Positions 1-12,360 of a stretch of 64,000 nt of DNA are shown piece after piece. Numbering within the stretch: position 1 is the stretch's first letter; each line of letters starts with the position of its first letter. Location of the stretch: the NCBI GenBank assembly GCA_030141605.1, contig JAQGDQ010000163.1, forward strand, positions 402,548 to 466,547. The letters run 5' to 3'. The notes under the pieces were generated by a model. It did no database searches. It was not told the origin of the DNA and saw only the letters and a list, made by a program, of their open reading frames with translations. The position numbers were made by a program, and so were the translations under genes. This DNA is from Tubiluchus corallicola (lineage: Eukaryota > Animalia > Priapulida).

Positions 1-818
1 ACAAAAAAGTCAAAGTTCATGCCTTCAGGCTTGCATTTTAATAATATATTGATATCGTGTTTACATGCAATAATACAGTTACAGCAGATACAATAATTGC
101 TCTGTAATTTTGACTTCAAGCTGCTAAAATCCACGTTAAAAGTTGCCTATAAGCAAAATATTACAGCATACGTAATATAATTTGGGCATGTTCGAATAAT
201 ATGCACAAACATAGCTATTTTTACTACCTACACATTATATACTAATTATAAGCACAAAATACGCTAATCATTATTTATAGTGACTGCTTGAATAAAATAC
301 ATGCGCCGTGCCACGCATTATCTAATTAAACTAATTACAAGATTACACAAAACAAGGAAAACTTGCGTAATCTCTTAAGTACAAGACCTTCACCAATTGC
401 TACGTTATTTCAACTAAAGAGAAAATGTGGTTACACGCTGTAAGCTTAATAATTGCTATTAATATTTCAAAAAGCTTTGCAATTAAAACTTTCGAAAACA
501 ATTAAATAAAACTAAAGTAAAAGGCGCACACTGAAACAACGCAAAATTTTCGCCGCCATGCCATGATTTACGATCTTAGACTGGTACACGCTTTTCTTTG
601 ACTAAAACAACAAGTAACCACTAAAGGCACGAGCGCCCCTCTAAACATAAGCGTGACCTAAACAACATCATTGCGTGTATAGTACAGTAGAAACAAAAAG
701 CTTTTTTATGAATTACTACGACTGGTATAACGCTTTGGAAGAAAAAGTGCTGGTGTAGATCACTTAAATTAAGTAGATTATTACTTTACCTAAATCCCTC
801 CTATTGTTTGATTTCACA

Positions 819-3800
819 ATGTCTGGTCGAGAAGGTAATATACACAATAAATTTTACTAATTTTTAATAATTATTGTTAGCCTTAAGTTTTAGGTTGCAT
901 AAAATAACCTAGCCGCACTGCTCTCCTTATAGACTATACAAATTATCTACAGTTTAATTTTCTGTTTGCTCTTGTTGTGAGTTAAAAAGATTTAGCTTTA
1001 CTTGGAGGAGGACCCGAGGGCATTATACGCGTTCCTTCTCCTCATAGTTCAAGAGAGTTTATTCATTTCCACAATGCATCTTACAATTATCATTAAAATA
1101 CAGATAATTATCCATTTAAGTAAATATAATATAAATAAATGCGGTATTATCGAGAAATTACAGAATGCGGGATATACATGTGCAATTTCATTACATAATA
1201 ATTTTGATGCATACAGTTTGAGCCTAAAAGCATAGCTTGACAGGCCAAACTGTACGTGGAAATCTTAAAAAAAAAGTGGGGGGAGTAGTGAATGAAAGAT
1301 GAAATGGAGCGAGAACTAAGAAAAACTGTGATCATGGTTACAAAGTGTTCAGTAACCTGTTGAGCATAGTCACGTTATATTAAGATTACTGTGGAAAAAA
1401 ATGCAGGTTATTACCATTATCAAATTGTGTTACTCTTAATACTTTTGAAATATTTCTTTTCTGACGGTTTTTTAAAAGTTAAAAGGGAGTGACTACATTT
1501 TGAATTGCGGCTTAGTCTGTTCCATAGGACTGGTCCCATATAGCTAATGAAGTGTTTCGCCATATTTGTTCTACAACGTCTTGGTATATATTCATTATGT
1601 CTGGTATTGTATTTTTTTACATTTATCTTAACTGGATTTTCAAAAAAAGTTGGAAATAAGTTGTTGTTGGTTCTATACATGTATATACATCCATTAAAAT
1701 TAATAACATCATCCAGAAGTAATAATTGACATTGCTTAAAATGTGTAGTAGTAATTGTGCTCCTTTTGTCTAGTTTGAAGATGACACGTAAAAATTTTCG
1801 TTGTAAAACTCTTAAGCATTACGCATTAAGCCTTAAGATTAAGCGTAGTGAATCGTATTACTTACAATGCGACGTTATGTCTATATTACTGCATTAAAAT
1901 ACCGTCTCAAATACATTTTTAATCTCATAACAAATGAATTGAGGTTTCATTTCTGACTCATTACATAGTTTAACTGGTGACTAAACATGAAAGAATTATC
2001 CTTTGTAATAATCCTTCGGATACAACTTTGGAGAGATAGCATAAATTTTTTTTATGTAAAATGCGAGAGAGAAAACGTGTGATATTACAATCGATAGAGG
2101 TTTAACAAGAGAGACAACTATGGGCAAAAAGCCTACTTACAGGCTTCGCCCTGTCGATCTTCGGTAATGTAATAAAGTAAGTTTCAGTTCATCAAAACCA
2201 TTTACATTAAACATTACTGCCATGGCATGTAGAGTGTCAGAATTTACAAGAAATCAACTTTATCAGGGTTAGTGAATACAGTGTAGCTAAACAACTTAAA
2301 ACTAATCTCTAATAATATTTTTTCAGGAGGAAAAAAGAAGCCACTGAAAGCTCCAAAGAAAGCAAAAGGAGACATGGACGAGGTAAGACAGAAGCCCATT
2401 AACTCGAAACAAGTTAGTTACTGTTTGTAACCACTATTATTATAATATTTGACATTTCAGCAATATGCATTCAACTTTGTTCGCTAACGTCTTATCTTTG
2501 GGGCCCAAGAAACCACTAACAAAATACAGTGTGTGCTATTTCATAAATCCACCTTGGAACAAAGCTAAATGGATTTTTAAGCGGCTGGATTTACAAACCG
2601 AAGAGACCTATTAAGTAGCATTTTCTACTTTAATACAGTGTGTGATGTTTATTTATGAAGTCAATACACTTAGCATTCAGCAAACTGCTTGCAAAAAATT
2701 CTTAAGTAAAGTGCAATAATTTATTAGCATTTGCACGATTAAAGTAACTCGCATAAAGTTAGTATGTATTGTTTATCTTTGATGCCATTACTTTTTATAT
2801 GTTTGTACCTGCTTGCCAAGTTAAAAATATGTGTATCTTTGATATCAGCGAGATCTAGCATTCATTTATTTGATTCATGTTCTCACTGGCACAATGGCTT
2901 ATCAGTTAGAATCTGCATTTTTGTTTAACCTAATTACATATGCAAAACAAGTAGGTATATGCACACCATCATACTGCATACAGATAAGTTTAAACGTGTT
3001 TATTGTTCATTCTAGTCTGTTTTAGTGGGAAAGTTTTTTTCGAAGATGCAATTGAATGTCTTGCTTGAGTTCGGTGAAATATCGCATGTTTGAATAGTCA
3101 CTGTTGTACAGTGCACAGTGCAGTATTTCCAGCATGCGTCGCATGTAATACAGTAATACATGCGATACAGTAATTCCTGCTTCATCATGGTCATCACCGC
3201 AGTCATGCAAAGTTGCAAACAGTGCTTAGAACAAAGATACTGATCTAGTTCAAGTTAAGATGCAGGACAATTGTGTGGTCTTACATCACAATTTTGTTCT
3301 CTTCACAGCCCGCAAACCGCAAGGTATATTTACAAAGTGAAGCTAAGATTTAATAAACAGCGGATTTTACTAGGTTAAAGTATTATACTCTTTCATTCCA
3401 GCAATAGTGTCACAATAAATGGATGGATTTATCATCCCTGAATTTATCAAGCAGATACTACTGTATAAGTTATCTGCCTGGTTTTAGGCATTAAAAGGAA
3501 TTTGGATTTGAGATTTTCTTTAGCTAATTTTCGTTTCCAAGGGGCTTAAACTACATTTCATGATTCTAAAGTCATCGGTCACTTATAGATCAAAAGTAGA
3601 TAAGATGGGCAAAGTGCCCTACAGTGAATTTCTCTTTCTTCGTGTAAAAAATGTTTAGCCAGGCGACATGTACCTTCCGCAGTAACAACGATGCAAGCAT
3701 GCCCATAAAGCGAAGCTTTAGACAACTCGCCGTGTCTGCACAGCATACCTTTGTTGAACCAAAAAGGTCAATATATACATTCCAAGTCCTCTTCTAAAAG

Positions 3801-4141
3801 ACTTGCATAAACACTGTAAAACTGCTGACTGACTGTTGATTTTCAAATTTTACAATTATAGGAAGATATAGCATTTAAGCAGAAACAAAAAGAACAGCAA
3901 AAAGCATTGAAAGAAGCTTCAGACAAAGCAAAACAAAAAGGACCAATGGGTAAGAGCATTTTTAAATGTTTTCAAATCAGTAAATAAGTGTAGTAGCACT
4001 ATGTATGTTCAACTGTGCAATAAAATTAATTTTAAATTGTGTCAGTACAGTACTTATTGATATGCTAGCTACAAATTTAATATTTCTTTACTGCTTTCTC
4101 TTTCAGCTGGTACAGGAATTAAAAAATCAGGCAAGAAATAA
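819..4141 (+). CDS. TMA7: Translation machinery-associated protein 7 (64 aa), 4 exons
   Basis: Exons 819-834, 2327-2382, 3862-3949, 4107-4141, all GT-AG, total 195 nt: [64 protein letters not shown]. This matches the characteristic TMA7 sequence and length. AATAAA signals follow at about 4407-4470. Confidence 0.95.
1047..1800 (-). mobile_element. L2/CR1-group LINE 3' fragment (ORF2 C-terminus plus 3'UTR) in TMA7 intron 1
   Basis: ORF 1420-1680 has the typical C-terminal motif HNEY..RTN..FISYMGPVLWNRL. The 3'UTR carries a stem-loop and ends in AATAAA-CTCTCTTGAAC. A near-identical copy lies at 49272-49830 (+). Confidence 0.8.
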
Positions 4142-5371
4142 CACAGAGGCTGCTTTTAGTTTATTACATTCTCATATTTATTCCGTGCTAAACAACAGAT
4201 TTATCGTATCATGAATTATACTAAACTGTTTAATGAACAACTTAACAATTTTAAAGTGTAAGAAATGTGTGCAGTTCTGAATAACACTTAATCACTTGTA
4301 AATCATAACATTTCTATTTTAAGACTAACATACTACAGAGTGATATTTTAAGATTGATATCGTTGTTTGTCTTGCCTTGTACATAACACCATCATTTTTT
4401 AATATGAATAAAGTACAATAAACTTATTTAGTTGTTTTACTTTTTCATTACATTTTTGCATTTAATAAATCTGTTCTTAACTGTTTACATAGTTTTGCAA
4501 GTAGCTATACAGCATTTAGACTGACATCCGTCACTTAGAAAGCTTTGGGGTACTCAACCTATCTTGATAAAAGTTGAGACTACAAATCAAAAATGGAACT
4601 TTAATAACTTTTAAGACATTTTCTAAATGGTATAGTAGCCAAGTTGTTTCATTTCTACTCTTAGATGAGATGAGGGGCCCCCATTGAAAATCTCAAAGAT
4701 ATGTGGTACAGAAGTTTTGCCATATGAGATTAATATTAGTAGCAATTAACATTACATCCAAATTCAAAAACTGTTCTTCATAAAATTACACCTTGCAAAA
4801 AATTTGCACAATTGCTACATTGCAACAAGTATTTGAATTTTAGTACATCATAATTATCACAGTTTTTCAACAGCACATCGAAAAACAGCCCAATAAGTCG
4901 GTGAATTAGCATCATAATTGATTGATTAAAAAAGGCACAAAATCTTAATAATAATATTGATTATAATAACTTCCATCACATATTTGTTGAATGTAGATAA
5001 TCTGTCCCAGTCACGCACGCAAGCAGTGGGTTTAGCTGCACAATCTGCTCAGACACAAGCGCATGGTTTTACTGTAAAATTTTTAAACTGTGCAATCTGA
5101 GTGAGCCTGTATATGAGTATATGCAAAAATATATAATAAAATACAATAAAAGATAGTAAATCTATGTGGACACACTTATGTAGACGCATTTTGATGTCCA
5201 ATTTAAAAAGTCACTAAATTCACAGACGTTTCTTAAATCTAGTTATATACACTTGAATACATGATCTGTACACATTAAATGTTGCAAAATCAATATTTGT
5301 ACAGGATGTACTGACAGCTGTTTTTTATTGATTACTATTACATTCAAATCGTATTTCATCCATTTTTTGTG

Positions 5372-5986
5372 TCAACTTTGCGCGCATTTCCTACACTGGC
5401 CTATAATGTACGTATAGAGTTTTGAATCAACCATCACTCCACCAGCTTCAAATTCATTAATTTTTTTAAGTAAGTCATTCATAGGTAGCAGAACGACATC
5501 CACAAATTCACCTTCGTCTGTTGCCTGTTTTGGTGACTGATTTTCGACAACATCCCCATCTATCTCCACAAAAACTAGAGTTTCCAGTGAGTTTCCAATG
5601 CCAGGATCAAGACATGTTGGTGGACCCACGTGAACTATACTTCCCACATAACCAGTTTCTTCTTTTAGTTCTCTTAATGCTGCTTCTGATGTTGTTTCAC
5701 CATCATCAATCAACCCAGCTGGAAATTCTAATGTGTAAACATTCAATGGCGGTCGGTATTGCTTCACACAAACCAAATGGTCTGGCAGTGAACGCTTCTT
5801 GAGAGTTGCAATTACGCCCACGCCATCCGTACCCACATCCGCCTTTCTTGTTGTTCGTTCGACAGACTCCCACAGTCGTTCCATTCCTGCCTCATCGCAA
5901 TAAGTGATCTCGAAAAGTTCCAGCCATTTGTTCCTGCATAGACTTGTCTTTTTGAGCTGAGTTGACTTTTTTGCAGATTTTGCCAT
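5372..5986 (-). CDS. NUDT5: ADP-sugar pyrophosphatase (Nudix hydrolase 5), single-exon CDS
   Basis: 204-aa ORF with Nudix box GLIDDGETTSEAALRELKEETGY and NUDT5 signatures WESVERTT, KQYRPP, LEFPAG, CLDPG, DEGEFVDV. Confidence 0.92.
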   Translation of the reverse strand: MAKSAKKSTQLKKTSLCRNKWLELFEITYCDEAGMERLWESVERTTRKADVGTDGVGVIATLKKRSLPDHLVCVKQYRPPLNVYTLEFPAGLIDDGETTSEAALRELKEETGYVGSIVHVGPPTCLDPGIGNSLETLVFVEIDGDVVENQSPKQATDEGEFVDVVLLPMNDLLKKINEFEAGGVMVDSKLYTYIIGQCRKCAQS

Positions 5987-6457
5987 TTTTGGTGAACTTC
6001 TTATGTCTAAAAATGGAAAAAAATTGATGAAAGTTCTAAACAGTTAAAAACTAGAGTCTTGAAACTGTATCACCTATAAGGTAGTTTTAAATCAGAATAA
6101 GTGGAATAAACAACTCTGCCAGCCTAATATTATGGATGCTTTAGTTACCTTGGGGCATTCTAAATATTATGTTGTACGAAGCAACTCGGTGCTAAATATT
6201 AATGAGATGGAATTAATTACAAGCTTAGTTAATTATGTATCACTTGTAAATAATCTAGTAGTACTAACTAGGTCCTTTCATTCTGTGATCAGAGCAATGT
6301 ATTATGTTGAATTTCCACTCGCTTCCTTTACAATTTGCCTAAGGGAAAAATGAAGGTGCTGGAATCCATAATAGTAAAGATACAACGGTGTCTCACAGAT
6401 TAATGTATTGTGTAGTAATGTATCTAGTTTCACCATGAAACATTAACCTCCTGTTAT

Positions 6458-6460
<3 letters not shown>

Positions 6461-6492
<32 letters not shown>
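6461..6492. repeat. (AG)n microsatellite
   Basis: Directly visible AG run. Confidence 0.95.
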
Positions 6493-6494
<2 letters not shown>

Positions 6495-6581
6495 CAATAT
6501 ATAATCACAATGCAAGACACTGATAATGCAGAAAAGTATGAATCTAGGTTGAATCTTCTGAAGGGCATGGTGCAGTGCCGT

Positions 6582-6870
6582 TTCAATTCAATTCAATAGA
6601 TTTATTTCGCAATAAACAAATACTTATGCATTACAAGTACACTGATAATCGATCTAGACACCTAAGAAGCTAGTTTATAATAGGCCACTAGAATTAGTTG
6701 TGAGAAAAATAACAACATATTACCAGTAGTTAGTATGAGTTACAGTGGGCGTTAGTAGTATTTTATAATTACGATGTAAACTGATGGTTGGTACACGGAA
6801 ATGATAAATGTTTTAACACATTTGCTAAGCATTTGTGAAGGAGGCATCACTTGATTATACTATATGGAGG
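6582..6870 (-). mobile_element. Degenerate L2/CR1-like LINE 3' end
   Basis: Minus strand ends in AATAAA plus an (ATTGA)n tail, preceded by a hairpin-like 3'UTR motif. Confidence 0.4.
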
Positions 6871-7430
6871 TGTGCACTGCATATATAGGTGGGAACTAAT
6901 AACTACATTATTATCCTTGATAGGAAGTTTTTGAAAACGAAAATGAACATGAAAATGAAAGCTGTAGGTTCATAATTAATAATTATTAGAATATGGGACT
7001 AGCTCAACTCCTTATGTTATGATTACATAATGAATACTCATACAAATTAAAAGAGTGAACTATCAGCAACTAATCATATAATTAAGGTCGTTACAGTTCA
7101 TGAACTTCATACAGTACCCGGCACAGTTCACTCAGTACAAACCCTAATGTCCTAAGTTCATTATCGTTCATTACAAAGGTTCGTTACTGTTCATCAACTA
7201 CTGGTTCACTTGACCATAACAATCCACATCAACTATAACTTAACAGCAGATTAACTTGTCGTGTGAACTCTTCAAAACCTGAAAATAACCAAGCTGGATC
7301 TGCTGCAAACAGAAAAACAGCACTTATCACCCTAAGTTACTTACGAGTTTCACAGAACATTGAGCAAGTATATATAGTTTTTCTATGCTGCAAATTGTTT
7401 GAATTCATTAGATTTTTGTTTCTCTGCTTT

Positions 7431-9570
7431 TCATCATCATCATCTCTGGAGTCACACGTCATTCGACATGAAACTGCTGATCACTTTACTCCATGCTGCC
7501 TGTCACCTGCAACCTCCCATGTCTCTGCATTTTTGATATCTAATGGTGTGTTGATAAGATCTTTTTGGATGAAATTGATATAAGTCAGCAGCTGTCCTCC
7601 TTGTGGTTTCTTTTCTTTCTGCAGTGCTTCTTTAAAAGCTAACTTTAATGGACTGTCATCTGGTAGTCGTATAACACGTGCTATCCATCTTAATCTTCTC
7701 TTTTTGATTTTAATTGTCCATTCCTCTGCTTTGACTTTATTGTACAGATGCTGGTTTCATATTTTGTTTGCCCATTTTATTCCTAGAATGTTCCGGTAGT
7801 TTCTTCTTTGTAATGCATTAATTTCTGTTGTGCTCTAATTGTCCATAATTCTGAGTTACAGAGAAACACAGTTTCACAAGTGCAGCAAGGATTTTTAATT
7901 TTGTATCAAAACTGATCCTCTTACTTTCAAAATTTTTTGTTAATTTGGAATATGCAGCCAGTACTAGGATTTTTCTTCTTGATATATCTTCATCTGTTGC
8001 TAGAAGACTGCCTAAGTACTTACATTTCCTCCACGCATCATCTCCATTCCTTTTTATGTGAAACTCTTCTGTTTTATCTTTATTTAGTATGAGATCCATT
8101 TCTTTTAATTGTTTCTATTTTGATTTTGACATCATCTATTTCATCTTTGATTCTTGCTATCCATGCAATATCATTAGCATATTGCAGGTCTATGGTTGTA
8201 GGGAATTTCGTTTTATTAGCTTAATTGTGTTCTAATTCTGTTCCGAATAGCAGCTTTTCTGGATCCAGATGTGTATAATTTTGGTCACAAAGTTCTTTTC
8301 TGGGTGTACTGTTCATGTCCATTAGTGCTATAGCTAGATAAAAAAGTGAAGACTTAGGCAATCTCCTTCAGGTATTCCCTTATTCGTGGAAAATGAATCA
8401 CTCAGTCTGCCTTCACATCTAACACTAATTACAAGATCTTTCAATAATATTGATATCATATGAATTTCGTCAGGATTAAGTATTTCTTGTAAGTAGTGTA
8501 AGAGTGTCTTTCTTCAAACCGAGTCAAATGCTTTGGATATGCCCATGAATAATATGTATATGTAGGGTGCCGAGTAACCCACTAGCCGAAGTAGGACACT
8601 TCCGGCAAAACGCATGTACTAAATTTGCGGAAAAGCAGTGTCGTACATAGGCAGCCCAAGTAGGACACTAGCGATTTCTGTCGAGAATCGAGATTTATGA
8701 CATACTAAAAACATAAAAGCAAATTTGTTTTAGAAAAAAGTAACTTTATTATAATGATGGATAGTCCTTAACAATTTACAAGTGTATTTTTTGCAACAAT
8801 ATCATCATTACTATTAGCTCCATTAATATCATCATAACATTAAACTAAGTATCTGATACTTTAAAGAGAGAAACTATGTAGGGCACATAACTCGCTAGCC
8901 CGTTTACTTAGTAGAAAACAATTATTTGTCCAAAAGGGAGTGAAAGGGATCACCTGTCTGTGAGCAAGACAAAATAAAAAATGATATACCTTAAACAAAT
9001 GTTGGAATCGCCTAAAAAGTGCACTTATTTCACTTTAAAGAAGATTAATATTGGCAAATATTAATTCTTCTAGCTCAGTATAAAATTCTTTTATTTTATC
9101 ATATGTATAATAAATTTTTAAACATATACTGACGTTTTTAACTATTATTATTCCATCAACAAGGACGACGGACGGTGTCAGTACGCTTAACAACTCAATT
9201 TGCCTGTTTCTAGAGTTCTACTTGAGCAGCCCATGTACGACGCGTCCTACTTGGGCTAGCCCATGTACGCCAATTGTCCTACTTCGGCTAGTGGGTTACT
9301 CGGCGTCCAACATATACTGGATAATCTGCCGAGAATATGGCCTTTTCTGCTAGTATCTTGCAAGTCTGAACAAGTTCTGTTGTATTTCTACCAGTACCAG
9401 GCTGGTAAGCTGCTTGACTTTTACTAGGAATACACTGTGTCATAGATTCTGTTGAGCATACATATCGCTAGAACCTTTCTTATGGTTAACAGCATCAGCG
9501 GTCTTAGATTTTCTATTGGTCCTCTCTTTTTTCCAGGTTATGGCAGAGGTAAAAAAATGCCATTTTGAAG
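7431..9570 (-). mobile_element. RTE-type non-LTR retrotransposon remnant A (5'-truncated), interrupted by a MITE
   Basis: Frameshifted RT motifs SQAAYQPG, ISKAFDSV, KGIPEGDCLS, LQYANDIAW, KCKYLGSLL and C-terminal KKPQGGQLLTYI. (GAT)n tail at 7431-7444. Confidence 0.85.
8561..9312. mobile_element. Ginger-like non-autonomous DNA transposon (MITE) copy 1
   Basis: TGT...ACA ends, about 38-bp TIR (TGTWGGRYGCCGAGTAACCCACTAGCCGAAGTAGGACA) and 4-bp TSD TATA. Removing it restores the LINE frame DYPVYILF. Confidence 0.85.
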
Positions 9571-12360
9571 TCATCATCATCATCATCCAATGAATCACAT
9601 GTCCAGTGACATGATTCTGCTCACCTCCCTATGCCAGGACTCCCTGCTCACCGCAATGCCCCAAGTACATTTATTTCTAAGGATCAATGCTGAAGTGTTT
9701 AAATCTTTCTGTGCAAAATCTAAATATGTTAACATTTGTCCTCCTGCAGGTTTTTTAGCTGGTTCTATGGCTGTTCTATTCTGTTCAGTTTCTCCTCTAT
9801 TGATTTTTTTATTTCATCTACTTCTTCTTTGTTTCTTGTAATCCATGCCACATCATCAGCATACTGCATAGATATAGTAGTTGACTTACTTTGTAGAGAC
9901 CTGTAACTGTGTTCTTGCCTTACTTCATTCGGTATTAATTTAGGATCAAGAATTGTATAGTTGTGATCTTCTAGGTCTTTCAATGGTATAACTTTGTCCT
10001 CAGTGAGAGCTATGGCAAGATATAAAGTAAAAAGTACAGGGCTTAGGCAGTCACCCTGAGGTACTCCTTTGTTTGTAGAAAACGGCTGACTCAATTTTCC
10101 TTCACACCTGACTTGAATTAATAAATTTTCTAACATTATACTTGTTAGATATAGTTGATATACTGCTTGGCTTGTTGGAATGTAAGTGTATAACCTGTCA
10201 TAGATCCTAGTCAACATAAAGATAGCCAAAATCTTCCTTAGTAGTGTAAGCAACATCAATGGTCTAAGATTTTCTATAGGACCTCGTTTCTTACCTGGCT
10301 TGGGTAAAGGGATAAGTATTCCTTTTTGAATATCCAGCAGAAATGTGCCTGTTTTTGAAATACTGTTTAGAATTTCGGCGATTTCTGCATATAAATTATC
10401 TGATCCACACTTGACTAACTCAGCATTTAATTCATCAGCGCCCGGGCTTTTGTTGTTTTTCAATGATTTTGCTGCATACTTTACTTCTTCTTTAGTAAAT
10501 GGAACTTTCATTGGATAGTGAGTCCTTTTAACCCCAACTGCATTTTTATCATTAAAACTTCGTTGAAAAAATTCTGCTATGGCTTCAGTTTGCTGTTCAG
10601 CATCAGTATGAACTTTCATTGGATAGTGAGTCCTTTTAACCCCAACTGCATTTTCATCATTAAAAACTCGTTCAAAAAAAATCTGCCATGGCTTCAGTTT
10701 GCTGTTCAGCATTAGTAATTAGACCATAATTTCCTTCTACAAGCAATTTTTTCTTTGGTTGAAATGTCTGCAAAGTCCATATTGTTTTAAAATGCCTAGA
10801 AGAATCATTTTTTGTTTGCTCAATTTCTTCTGCAATACCAGTCATCTTTTTTTCTTCTATTTGTTTTAGTTTTTCATGAATTTGCTTTAGAATTTCCTTG
10901 CGTTCCTTCTTAAGACCATCAATTTCTGCTAAATTTTACATTGGTGTATTTTATCTTTCAAAATTTTCTGATTCGCAGACAAAGCTTCTATCTCATCATC
11001 TTTAACCGTTTTAACTTTTATCATTAAATCTCCAAGTATTTCTGCTGCCGAATTTTTTATGTGCATTTTTGAGTTTTTCCCATTGCAAATTTGTGTTTTC
11101 AGATGTCTCACCAGGTGAAGATTTAGTAATGTTCTGCTCTAACTTTAAATTGTATTTTTCTCTATAATCTCTGGCAACATCTAAGTATTTTGTTCTTTTT
11201 CTGTAGCATCTTTACCCATTTGACTGAAACCTTAGTCATAACCAAAGAGTGGTCGGTATCTATGTTTAAACCAGCGTACGACCTGGAATTTCTTATTAGT
11301 GGCATATGCATTTTCCTTACCATAACAAAATCTATTTGATTCCTTATAGGATTTCTCCTGGGTTCACCATTCAAAGGTCTGCTGTTGGGAGCCGTTTGGA
11401 CCACTGCGCCAAGTAGACCAATTGGTCTACTTGGGCTAGCCCAAGTAGACCGCGGTCTACTTGGGCTAGCCCAAGTAGGACACTAGAGACAGGTCGTGAA
11501 TTCAGTCGTTAAGTGTACTGACACCGTCCGTTGTGCTTGTTTATGTAATAATAATAATTAAAAACGTTAATACACGTTGAATAATTTATTATACATCTAA
11601 TAAAATAAAAGAATTTTATTCTGAGCTGGTAGAAGGGACAATATTAAATTTGGTTTCGATATTAATGTTGTTGAAGTGAAAAAACCCCACTTTTTTGCGA
11701 ATTCAACATTTGTTTAAGGTATATCATTTTTGATTTTGTCTCACTTCACAAACAGGTGATCCGTTTCACTACCTCTTGGGCAAATAATTGTTTTCTTATA
11801 AGTAAATGTTCTAGCGATCTATGTGTCCTACATGGGCTAGCGAGCCATGTAGGACAGTGCCCTACATGTTACAATACTACTGATAATATTAAAACTAATT
11901 ATCCTTGCTTTTCTTAAATGTCAAAAATTACTTTTTGGTGTTGTGAAGGCTTAGCAGCATCTGTCTCATTTTTAAATTTGCAATTATTTCTGTAATAACT
12001 GTGTGCAGAATTTCTCTCTTTAAAGCATTAGATACTAGTTTTAATGTTATGATATATTAATGAAGTTAATCATAATGATGAAATTATTGTAAGAAATGCA
12101 TTTGTAAATTGCCAAGGAATATCCATTTCTAAAAGAAATTTTGTTTTATGCTTTATTATGTCATAACAATACTTATAAACAATGGTAATATAAACTGGAA
12201 ACAAGTTTTGCCAGAGCAAGTTTCTCGACAAAAATCGCTAGTGTCCTACTTGGGCTGCCCATGTAGGACACTACTTTTAGCGCATCAAGTGGTCTACTTG
12301 GCGCAGTGGTCCAAACGGCTCCCAACACTGCTTTTGATTCAAAATTTCGCTGTCCAGCAA
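9571..12360 (-). mobile_element. RTE-type non-LTR retrotransposon remnant B (APE + RT, internal deletion and about 107-bp tandem duplication)
   Basis: Endonuclease motifs RRNPIRNQIDFVM and DTDHSLV; RT motifs KSPGADELNAELVK, GVPQGDCLSPVLF, QYADD. (GAT)n tail at 9571-9586. Duplicated segment about 10503-10711. Confidence 0.88.
11383..12327. mobile_element. Ginger-like MITE copy 2 (different TIR variant)
   Basis: Perfect 38-bp TIR TGTTGGGAGCCGTTTGGACCACTGCGCCAAGTAGACCA and 4-bp TSD CTGC. Internal sequence is homologous to 8561-9312 and 47891-48637. Confidence 0.9.

Noticed and set aside
360-565. Possible divergent gene start on the minus strand (ATGGCATGGCGGCG...)
   Set aside because: Every frame and splice combination tried hits a stop within a few codons. 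At most a non-coding leader.
11400-11480. Palindromic repeat array superficially like CRISPR
   Set aside because: Eukaryotic context with no unique spacers. It is the subterminal region of a MITE.
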